This document shows, piece by piece, positions 28,339 through 36,254 of a DNA stretch of 41,747 nucleotides (positions within the stretch are counted from its first letter, which is position 1; every line of letters begins with the position of its first letter). The stretch spans positions 1 through 41,747 of IMG/VR virus record IMGVR_UViG_3300022696_000071, one strand, 5' to 3'. The position numbers and the translations under genes are program-made. The notes below the pieces were generated by a model, which saw only the letters and a list, made by a program, of their open reading frames with translations, did no database searches and was not told the origin of the DNA. Origin of the DNA: a virus.

Positions 28339-29568
28339 ATGAACAAGGGTGCAATGCGTAGATTGGGTATAAGTGTAAGAGAAAATGGTCATGTCGATAC
28401 TCTGAAAGAAGTATTGGATGAACCACCGTTTATGGTATTAGCTAAAGTATTACATAATGGATATTTTAATATCCAAGATAAATCAATACAGATTAAAAAG
28501 GGATCTGTATTAGCTATGCCATTAAATTTTTATAATAATTGTCATAGAGCAAGAGAATCTGGAAGAAGAAAACTTCTTAAACCAAACAGAAGACCATTTA
28601 ATTATTATTTTAAAAGATACAGGGGAGAAGATTTAACAAATAAAAAGTTACTAATATGGCGAACTGGTGGAATAGGAGACTTACTTTTCATACAACCCAT
28701 AGTAAAATATATTAAACGAACATATGAAAATGTTCACATAACGATTGCGTCATCTCCAAGATTTACTGATATTTTAGAATGTTGGCCTGATGGATTAGTA
28801 GATGATATAAAATCTATACCATTTAGTTATAAGTTATTAATGAATCATAATTATCATATTACATTTGAAGGGGTTATTGAAAGATGTAAAGAAGCTCAAG
28901 TTAAAAATTGTTATGATCTATTTTCTGAAACTGCTGGATTAGATCTCGATCATACTTCCGATGATAATAAAATAGAACTTGTTTCAGATGATTCATTAAT
29001 ACATAATAATATATTACCAGAAAGTGACTATGTTGTTGCTCAAATGAGAGCAAGTAATCCATGTAGAATAATGTCAACAAGAAAATGGTCACAATTAATA
29101 AATGGTATAACTAATTATGGATTGAAAGTTGTAATAATCGATTCTCCAAAATTTCAACAATTTTATGATGACTTGTTTAAAAATTATACTATAAATAAAG
29201 ATGATGTATTTAATCTATCAGAACATTCTAAATCAATAAAACATGCTGTATCCGTTATAAATAGAGCAAAAGGAGTTATTGGAATAGATTCTTCATTTAT
29301 ACATATTGGAGAAGCACTAAATAAACCAGTGTATGGTTTATATGGTCCATTCACTGCTGATGTAAGAATGAGATATTATAGAAATTATGATTTCAGTGAA
29401 CCAGAAAAAGTAGTATGCAAGTATCAACCATGTTTTTTTCATCAGAATGAAACTAAAAAATGTCCATTTATAGCACAAAGAAAAAATCCTGGCTGTCTTG
29501 AAGAAATAGATATAGAAGTATCAGTAAAGAAATTTATGAATCTTCTTGGAATTACCGATGGAGAATAA
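28339..29568 (+). CDS. GT9-family glycosyltransferase (ADP-heptose heptosyltransferase-like) with an extra ~100-aa N-terminal extension
   Basis: LLIWRTGGIGDLLFIQPIVKYIKRTYENVHITIASSP matches the WaaC/WaaF N-terminal signature (R/K-x-x-x-x-GD-x-L-x-x-x-P...I-x-x-L). The C-terminal Rossmann region has G-rich IGIDSSFIHIGEALNKPV. Confidence 0.62.
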   Translation: MNKGAMRRLGISVRENGHVDTLKEVLDEPPFMVLAKVLHNGYFNIQDKSIQIKKGSVLAMPLNFYNNCHRARESGRRKLLKPNRRPFNYYFKRYRGEDLTNKKLLIWRTGGIGDLLFIQPIVKYIKRTYENVHITIASSPRFTDILECWPDGLVDDIKSIPFSYKLLMNHNYHITFEGVIERCKEAQVKNCYDLFSETAGLDLDHTSDDNKIELVSDDSLIHNNILPESDYVVAQMRASNPCRIMSTRKWSQLINGITNYGLKVVIIDSPKFQQFYDDLFKNYTINKDDVFNLSEHSKSIKHAVSVINRAKGVIGIDSSFIHIGEALNKPVYGLYGPFTADVRMRYYRNYDFSEPEKVVCKYQPCFFHQNETKKCPFIAQRKNPGCLEEIDIEVSVKKFMNLLGITDGE

Positions 29569-29570
29569 AA

Positions 29571-29815
29571 TGGAAGAAAAAGAAAGAACATATAATGAAC
29601 TGCTTGAAGATATAAAAATAGAAGCCGGTTCATTTTTTAGATTGGCTGAAGCAGGAAAAGTAACGCGATCCACTGCATTAAAAGCAAGAAAACAATCAAT
29701 TGTGTTAAGAGATATGCTAAAATTATTCAGAAAAAAATCATTAGAAAATGATAAACGAATTAAATCTATAATGGCTGAAGCAAAGCAAAAAGTGTTAGAA
29801 GAAACAATGGAGTAA
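29571..29815 (+). CDS. Small basic/coiled protein (81 aa)
   Basis: ATG at 29571 preceded by GGAGA. The listed ORF at 29546 starts inside the upstream gene, so the downstream ATG is preferred. Confidence 0.4.
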
Positions 29816-29818
29816 AAA

Positions 29819-30595
29819 ATGGAAAAAGAAACAGTTATTCAGTTATTTACTCCGGGATTAGATAGTTATCTTGGTTATCACTATTTATCAAAAAAATACA
29901 ATGTTAAAAGAATATATTTTAAATTGAAATCAAGATATACTGATAATGAGATAAAAATACTCAATAATTTTTATAATGATATTTATATATATGAAAATTT
30001 AAATTTATCTGATATAGAACATGACGATGCATATATACCAAATAGAAATTTATTAATGGCAACATTAGCATCATCATTGTATCCAAATATATCTAAAATA
30101 TTTATAAATGGTATGAAAGATGATAGAGTTAATGATAATAGAGAAGATGTATTTAATAGATTATCTATAGTAGTATCTATGAGTATGGATAAACCGATAA
30201 TGATAACTAGTGAATTCTGGAATAAAGAAAAATCTGAAATGGTATCAACATTTGTAATAAAAAATGAGCCAATAATAGAACATTTAGCAACCAGAACATA
30301 TAGTTGTTTTAGTAAGTTTTTTATATACAATAAAACAAGAATATATAATGGTAATCCAATAGATGGTAAATTTAATAAAAATGGAAGATTAAAAATTTAT
30401 GGATGTTGTTCATGTCCAGCTTGTTTTCGTAGATTTGCGGCATTATCGAATGCAAATATATTTATACCATTTAGAAATGATAATATAGTAGATGGTTATA
30501 GAGGAGATGCTATAAATAAAAATATTCATCCATTCAGATATTTTTCAACACTTGAATATATTAGATTTTTAGATTTTATGAAAGGAGTGAGATAA
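29819..30595 (+). CDS. queC: QueC-like 7-cyano-7-deazaguanine synthase homologue (PP-loop ATPase fold with a degenerate PP-loop)
   Basis: IPNRNLLMATLAS ~ QueC VPGRNLLFMSIAA. C-terminal zinc motif CCSCPACFRR ~ CGECPACQLR. The N-terminal TPGLDS replaces the canonical SGGxDS. Confidence 0.65.
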   Translation: MEKETVIQLFTPGLDSYLGYHYLSKKYNVKRIYFKLKSRYTDNEIKILNNFYNDIYIYENLNLSDIEHDDAYIPNRNLLMATLASSLYPNISKIFINGMKDDRVNDNREDVFNRLSIVVSMSMDKPIMITSEFWNKEKSEMVSTFVIKNEPIIEHLATRTYSCFSKFFIYNKTRIYNGNPIDGKFNKNGRLKIYGCCSCPACFRRFAALSNANIFIPFRNDNIVDGYRGDAINKNIHPFRYFSTLEYIRFLDFMKGVR

Positions 30596-31198
30596 ATGGA
30601 TGGAATATACTTTCCGGAATTTCCAACTAAAACAAAAAAGAAAAAAACAAAAATAAAAACAAAATCGCCTTATATGGAATTTAAAGAATGGTTATTTAAT
30701 CCATATCCAAATGCTAAATTACCAGATCATGTTTTAAAAATTGTAAACGCAAGAACTGTATTGTGTATGTTTGGTAATCTTGGAAAACTGACAATCTTTC
30801 TCAATAAATACTTTAATAAGTTTAATATAACGTATTTAAATAAAGAAGAATTCTTTATATATATTAAATATATAATACAGAAGTTTCGTATCGATAAACG
30901 TCAATTCAGTTTTTATAAAAGTGAACAACGTGATACTTCGTATGTTGATATTCATTCTAAATTTTTTCCACATTTGAAAAAATATGAGTTAAATTTACTT
31001 ATGGAACTTATAAAAACTGATGATGATTATGATAGAATTATGGAATCATTTGGATTAACTAAATATAAAGTTACAAAAAATAAATCTAAAAAATCCAAAA
31101 CTAAAAAAGAATCAAAAAATGATGATAATAATACCATAAATAATAATAACGAAGTAACAACGTTTGAAGAACTAAAATCTTTATTTTTAGTTAACTGA
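30596..31198 (+). CDS. Hypothetical Lys-rich protein (200 aa)
   Basis: Listed ORF with AAGGAG SD. Basic N- and C-termini. Confidence 0.5.
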   Translation: MDGIYFPEFPTKTKKKKTKIKTKSPYMEFKEWLFNPYPNAKLPDHVLKIVNARTVLCMFGNLGKLTIFLNKYFNKFNITYLNKEEFFIYIKYIIQKFRIDKRQFSFYKSEQRDTSYVDIHSKFFPHLKKYELNLLMELIKTDDDYDRIMESFGLTKYKVTKNKSKKSKTKKESKNDDNNTINNNNEVTTFEELKSLFLVN

Positions 31199-31222
31199 TT
31201 TAAAAAAGGGGGGTGATCTGAA

Positions 31223-31405
31223 TTGGCAAAATATGATGAAAATTTTATAAGTAATAGATCTTTATATCTTATGGAATTTATAGAGAAAAAAAATATAAAA
31301 ATTGATCAAATGAAACGATCAGATATTTTATTCGAAATGAGAAATGTATTCAAACAATGTATAGATAGACATATAAAAAGAGAAAATAGACGAAGAGAAG
31401 ATTAA
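31223..31405 (+). CDS. Small hypothetical protein (60 aa) with TTG start
   Basis: Strong SD AAGGGGGGTGA 6 nt upstream of TTG at 31223. Confidence 0.35.
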   Translation: MAKYDENFISNRSLYLMEFIEKKNIKIDQMKRSDILFEMRNVFKQCIDRHIKRENRRRED

Positions 31406-31459
31406 CATTATAATCACTATATTATAAATTTAAATAATGAAAGAGAGGACTAAACTAAA

Positions 31460-32029
31460 ATGATAGAAAATAATGGCGATAATATAAATGAAAATGAAAT
31501 ATCATTCGATGATAGAACTATGATAATAATGGTTGGTAATATCGGAACTGGTAAAACATCAAAAATAAAACAAATAATTCATAAATTTGGTAAATATATA
31601 ATTGTATGTTTGGATGATTTACTCACATGTTTTCATGGTAAATATAAATACATAAAAGATTTTTCACTAATGTACAATATTATAGAAGATAGTATTATAT
31701 ACGAAGCAATGAAAAATAATTCAATAGTTATAATAGATAGAACATGCATAAATGAACGTGTAAGAAAAAGATTCATACAAATGGCAAAAGATAATAATTA
31801 TAATGTTGCATGTTATAATTTTGGATCTGGAACTGATGTATCTCTAAAAAGACGGTTAGTAAATCCAAAAGGAAATAGTGAAGATACATGGATAACAGTA
31901 CATAATAATATGAATAAAATATACGAAGCTCCACTTCTATCTGAGGGGATAGATGAAATATTCACCGTCAATGAAGACGGTATCGTTACACGGAGAGAGA
32001 AGTTAGTCAAAAACAACAATCATAATTAA
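31460..32029 (+). CDS. P-loop NTPase / nucleotide or polynucleotide kinase-like protein
   Basis: Walker A MVGNIGTGKTS near the N terminus. The size and layout resemble dNMP/AAA_33-type kinases. Confidence 0.5.
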   Translation: MIENNGDNINENEISFDDRTMIIMVGNIGTGKTSKIKQIIHKFGKYIIVCLDDLLTCFHGKYKYIKDFSLMYNIIEDSIIYEAMKNNSIVIIDRTCINERVRKRFIQMAKDNNYNVACYNFGSGTDVSLKRRLVNPKGNSEDTWITVHNNMNKIYEAPLLSEGIDEIFTVNEDGIVTRREKLVKNNNHN

Positions 32030-32050
32030 AAAACTGAGAGGCAATTAATC

Positions 32051-32644
32051 ATGTTAGAAATTAATGGTAAAAAAGAAATTAATGGTAAAATGATTACTCC
32101 CGCCAGGGCAGTAAAATATGCTTTAACTCAACATCTTAAGAGTTTAAACAATGATGTAACGGTTATTGTTGAAACTCCCGTGGAAGAAGAAACTGTTGTT
32201 ACTGAAGAAGTCCCTGCTCCTGAACGAGTAGAAGGAGAAGTGACTGAAACTGCCGCTGAACCAGTTGCAGTTGAAGAAGAACAACCACAAGAGCAAACTG
32301 TTGGCGAAGCAATGGAAACTGTATCCGATGCAGTTAGTGAATCACTTGGGGCAGAAGAAGTTGCTGAACATGATCTTCCAGTAAATGATGAAGAAACAGT
32401 TCACGAAGAAGTTGATCAAATCGTTGAAGATGTTGAAACGGAAAAGAATGAATACGTTCCATCTGAAGACGATGGTCTATTTAATACGGTGTCGGAGTCA
32501 GTAACTGTTGAAACAACCACGATGACAGGGTATGAAAAACTCATCAAAGAAACATATCCGAAAATGACCGACAAAGAGTTCGAAAGAACGATGGAACAAC
32601 TTGGAAAGATTGTTCCTCGTGTTCTTAAGTTTCTCGAAGTATAA
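32051..32644 (+). CDS. Highly acidic Glu/Val/Thr-rich protein (197 aa), likely disordered
   Basis: Listed ORF with GAGAGG SD. Long E/D/V/T/A-rich stretch with locally elevated GC. Strong terminator follows. Confidence 0.55.
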   Translation: MLEINGKKEINGKMITPARAVKYALTQHLKSLNNDVTVIVETPVEEETVVTEEVPAPERVEGEVTETAAEPVAVEEEQPQEQTVGEAMETVSDAVSESLGAEEVAEHDLPVNDEETVHEEVDQIVEDVETEKNEYVPSEDDGLFNTVSESVTVETTTMTGYEKLIKETYPKMTDKEFERTMEQLGKIVPRVLKFLEV

Positions 32645-32671
32645 TACTTATTACACTATAAATTAATTAAG

Positions 32672-32720
32672 AATATGAGCTATGGGAATAATTTATACCC
32701 ATAGCTCATATTTTAATATA
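32672..32720 (+). terminator. Rho-independent terminator (15-bp stem AATATGAGCTATGGG / CCCATAGCTCATATT, 11-nt loop, then TTTAATAT)
   Basis: Perfect inverted repeat followed by a T-rich tract immediately after the acidic-protein gene. Confidence 0.6.
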
Positions 32721-32734
32721 ATAGGAATATAAAT

Positions 32735-33367
32735 ATGAAAACAATTGTATATGATGTAGAAATTATAAATGTTCCAGATGAAACGGAAAAGGGTTGGGAT
32801 GATCCATTTGGTCTTGGCTTTGCATCAGCAGTAATTTACTATGTAGAAGATGATCGATATGATTTTTTTCTACATGAAGAAAGTAAATCAAGATTGATAG
32901 AAACATTAAATGGAAATAGAACAATATCATTTAATGGTATTGGTTTTGATACCATGAATATTCTTGGTAATGATAGAGTTATAAAACCAACTGAATCTCC
33001 ATTATCATTTCATGTTGAAAAGGAAATAGATGATAAAATAGTATCATGGAGAGAATTTGATATATTCATGCTTGCCAAACGATCTGAATTTGGAAAAGAT
33101 GATGTGATGTCTGCATTTTTAAGTAATGAGAGAACCGAACCAGGCGTTCTAAAATTAATGACTATATCGAAGATGACACTTGGTGGTAATTATTTTAAAA
33201 CTGGAGAAAGTGCGCTGGCACCAAAGTTATATCAGAATAAAGATTATGCTAATCTGCTTCAATATAATCTTCAAGATGTAAGATTAACATATAAATTATA
33301 TGATTTTATTATGAAAAATGGATATATTATGAATGGTAGGGATGAGCAGCTATGGATTAAAAAATAA
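32735..33367 (+). CDS. DEDD-family 3'-5' exonuclease
   Basis: Exo I VYDVEI (D-x-E), Exo II FNGIGFDTMNIL, Exo III YNLQDVRLTYKLY (Y-x3-D). Confidence 0.55.
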   Translation: MKTIVYDVEIINVPDETEKGWDDPFGLGFASAVIYYVEDDRYDFFLHEESKSRLIETLNGNRTISFNGIGFDTMNILGNDRVIKPTESPLSFHVEKEIDDKIVSWREFDIFMLAKRSEFGKDDVMSAFLSNERTEPGVLKLMTISKMTLGGNYFKTGESALAPKLYQNKDYANLLQYNLQDVRLTYKLYDFIMKNGYIMNGRDEQLWIKK

Positions 33368-33379
33368 AAGGAGAAAGAT

Positions 33380-33991
33380 ATGTCTGTCATTGGGATACGA
33401 GAAGTCATAAAGATGATAAAAGATGGAGTAGATTTATCTTTAGGTACATTTAAATCAAAATCAGTTAAGAATGTTAAACCATTAATTGAAAATTTTGATA
33501 AAGACGCGATAGTTAAACCAGAAGGAACAACATTCGATGTACGATTAGATAAATTGTTTGAATTAAAAAATGTTGATAATCTCGGAAATACATATACTCC
33601 TGAATTATTAGTTTCTGGTAGAATTACAGCAAATTCTACAGAAATTAGCCCTGATGGAAAACAAATATACTCTATATATCCAAATAAACCATATCTTGTA
33701 ACAACATTAGAAAGATTAAATACTCCAAATAATATCTTTCCAATGTGTAATAGAAGAACTACTATGTTCAGAAGTGGCCTGATTATGCAAATGACAAATG
33801 TATCTCCGGGGTATAGGGGTTATCTGTCATTTATGATATATAATGTACTTAATCACATAGTTCGAATTCAACGTGGTTTTGGAATTGCTTCTATTGCATT
33901 TTTTACAATAGATGGTCGCGCTGTTCCATACGATGGTGTTTGGCAAGAAAATAAACGAATCACAACAACTGAAGAAATAAGACCAAAATGA
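33380..33991 (+). CDS. dCTP deaminase / dUTPase superfamily protein (Dcd-like)
   Basis: FDVRLD ~ Dcd [38 protein letters not shown] ~ [43 protein letters not shown] ~ GMLIGALSF. Confidence 0.65.
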   Translation: [203 protein letters not shown]

Positions 33992-34341
33992 AGAATAAAT
34001 TATATGTAGATTATGATGAATTACATAAATTATTTTCAGATAGATTCAATTCTGAAGATACTGAATATATAATAGATAAATTAAAAGATCTTCCATTAAT
34101 AATAAATCTAAATAAATTATCAATAAATATAAGTGGTGGTACTATAACCATATTAGATCCACAATCGTTTGAGTCGTCTACAACTAAGTCAAAACTAAAT
34201 TGTGGATATTTTGATGTAGATATAGATGGTCTTGATTCAGATAGAATAACATCTATATCTATTCCAAAATTGGATATAAGGAAGAATGAGGAGTTAATTA
34301 TTAATGTGTCTTACTATCCATTGAAAAGGGGAAAGAAATGA
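33988..34341 (+). CDS. Hypothetical protein (117 aa)
   Basis: Listed ORF with ATGA overlap to the upstream gene. Confidence 0.45.
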   Translation: MKNKLYVDYDELHKLFSDRFNSEDTEYIIDKLKDLPLIINLNKLSINISGGTITILDPQSFESSTTKSKLNCGYFDVDIDGLDSDRITSISIPKLDIRKNEELIINVSYYPLKRGKK

Positions 34342-34547
34342 AAAAGAGATGTTCCAAAGAGTTAGCATGTGTTGTTCTTAAGTATATTCCAGATTATGAA
34401 AACGCTTTATCATTTTTAGAAGAGTTTAAATGCGTTGAAGGAACAACTCCAAGATTCAAAACTACTTTGGAACTGACAATTGGTCGGCTTGAGCATTTGA
34501 TAAAAAAGAGAGAGAAAAAACAAGCGAGTAAAGCAGAAGCAGCATAA
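34338..34547 (+). CDS. Hypothetical protein (69 aa)
   Basis: Listed ORF with AAGGGG SD and ATGA overlap. Confidence 0.4.
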   Translation: MKKRCSKELACVVLKYIPDYENALSFLEEFKCVEGTTPRFKTTLELTIGRLEHLIKKREKKQASKAEAA

Positions 34548-34561
34548 CCAATTTCAATGAA

Positions 34562-34601
34562 AAATGGGAAACTGGACTCTATTCCAATTTCCCATTTTTT
34601 G
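34562..34601 (+). terminator. Rho-independent terminator (AAATGGGAAA...TTTCCCATTT stem followed by TTTT)
   Basis: 10-bp perfect stem with an internally paired 16-nt loop, then TTTTTTGTTG. Confidence 0.55.
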
Positions 34602-34643
34602 TTGTCAGAGAGTGTGGTCTTTTTTTCTTATTCACCGGACATA
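34601..34643 (+). promoter_or_regulatory. TTGTCAGAGAGTGTGG...CGGACATA composite upstream of the polymerase-thumb gene
   Basis: Shares the CAGAG(A)GTGTGG and (C/G)GGACA(A/T)A elements with the 28250 region. Confidence 0.3.
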
Positions 34644-34668
34644 CTAAAAATCTTATAAAAACAGTATA

Positions 34669-35496
34669 TTGGAGGTATTAGTGGATAAAAATAAGAAAGA
34701 AGTCATCATAAAAAAGATATTGGAACATTGTTCTATATTGGAAGAAGTATTAAATAACGAATTATTAATTGAATTTGGTAAATTAAGAAATATAAAAACA
34801 AAATATAATAGATTTAGTGCAAAACAAGAAGTTATAGCACAGAGAGGATTCTTTTTAGATGTAAAAAAGAAATATGCATTATGGATTATAAATAATGAAG
34901 GAGTGGATACGGAAGAGTTTGATATAAAAGGGCTAATAACAAAAAGATCTGACTATCCAACATTAACTAAAGAAAAAATAATGGATATCATAAGTTTTCT
35001 TGTAAAAGATGATGTAGTATCTTTTAAGAAAATAAAAAAACATATAGATGAACAAGATAATAATATACGATCATTATGTATAAAAGGTGATAAATCTATA
35101 GCAAGACCTGTATCATTCTCTAAACCACTCAAAGAATATAAAAGAGTACCATCTCATGTGGAGGGTATGTTACTGTGGAATAAATTAGAATATGATTATT
35201 TTGTTCCAGGTACAAAGGGATATCAATTTAAGATAATTGGAATAGATCCAGTAATATCTACTGGAAGAGTACAATCATCATTACCATATATAAATTTTAA
35301 AAAGAATAATAATGTGGTTTTACCATACGAAGCAGATCGTCTTCCTAAATATTATAATATCGATGTTGAATCAATGATTCAATTTGCATGGGTTAATAGA
35401 TATAAAGAATTATTACATCCAATATGGGATAGATTACAATCATCTGGAAAAAACAAAAGTGGTAGATCTATGGCACAATTTGCATTTCAATTTTAA
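34669..35496 (+). CDS. Family-B DNA polymerase C-terminal fragment (thumb domain with KKRY motif and C-terminal clamp-binding tail), encoded as a separate gene
   Basis: GFFLDVKKKYALWIINNEG ~ T4/RB69 gp43 GGFWTGKKRYALNVWDMEG. The terminal ...MAQFAFQF ~ RB69 ...SLFDMFDF clamp-interaction motif. The likely true start is GTG at 34681 after GGAGG; the listed TTG is at 34669. Confidence 0.68.
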   Translation: MEVLVDKNKKEVIIKKILEHCSILEEVLNNELLIEFGKLRNIKTKYNRFSAKQEVIAQRGFFLDVKKKYALWIINNEGVDTEEFDIKGLITKRSDYPTLTKEKIMDIISFLVKDDVVSFKKIKKHIDEQDNNIRSLCIKGDKSIARPVSFSKPLKEYKRVPSHVEGMLLWNKLEYDYFVPGTKGYQFKIIGIDPVISTGRVQSSLPYINFKKNNNVVLPYEADRLPKYYNIDVESMIQFAWVNRYKELLHPIWDRLQSSGKNKSGRSMAQFAFQF

Positions 35497-36173
35497 ATCT
35501 TTCTTGCTAATTTTTTCATATCATCTGATGTTAATAAGTTATCTTTTTTATATTCATATTTTGAAATCGCTTCTGAAATGTTTGATTTACATTTATCAGG
35601 ATTACTTGTTTTATCACATAATTCTTTTTGTTTCTCCAATTGAGTAATAGTATCGTGCATTACTTTTATTTTACATGTTGTTAATCTATCACCTCTTAAT
35701 TGCCAGCATTCGCCATGTAGTCGCTTTCTATAATAAGTTACAATCATTGAACCGATTGCTAAACCAAGAGCAATGCTTGCCAAAACAGATAATATTCGAG
35801 TAGCTTTCATTGATTTATTTGCATTTTTTGAAGCTTTTTCTGCCATATCTGCAACATCATTCAATCTTTTTTTAGTATCTTTATAATCTCTTTTTAATTT
35901 TCCAATTATACTTCTTGGTCTTCTTTCTGTTGATGAGCTACTACGTTCACTTCTATTTGACGAAGATCTAGAAGAAAAAGATGCTATATAACTTTTTAGT
36001 TTACTCAAACCAGACGATTCAGACGATTCAGATAATTCAATCATATTATCTATATTATTTATCATTTCTTGTCTAATATTATTATTTATATCCAAATCTT
36101 CAATAGCTAATATCATTGATTCAATGCAATTAAAACTTAATTCCTCACCAATATATTTTTCAGATATATACAT
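35493..36173 (-). CDS. Membrane protein (226 aa): N-terminal coiled/Ser-rich region, one TM helix, Cys-containing C-terminal domain
   Basis: Hydrophobic segment ILSVLASIALGLAIGSMIVTYY. AAGAGG SD. TATAAATA lies 16 nt upstream of the ATG on the minus strand. Confidence 0.55.
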   Translation of the reverse strand: MYISEKYIGEELSFNCIESMILAIEDLDINNNIRQEMINNIDNMIELSESSESSGLSKLKSYIASFSSRSSSNRSERSSSSTERRPRSIIGKLKRDYKDTKKRLNDVADMAEKASKNANKSMKATRILSVLASIALGLAIGSMIVTYYRKRLHGECWQLRGDRLTTCKIKVMHDTITQLEKQKELCDKTSNPDKCKSNISEAISKYEYKKDNLLTSDDMKKLARKI

Positions 36174-36188
36174 TATTAAATCCTCTTT

Positions 36189-36196
36189 TATTTATA
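36189..36196 (-). promoter_or_regulatory. T4-type late-promoter-like TATAAATA box for the minus-strand membrane-protein gene
   Basis: Minus strand reads TATAAATAAAAAGAGGATTTAATAATG. Confidence 0.35.
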
Positions 36197-36254
36197 CAAT
36201 TAAACATTTAGAATTTGTCCTTCTATTACATTAAAAAAAGGAGAAAGTTTATTT

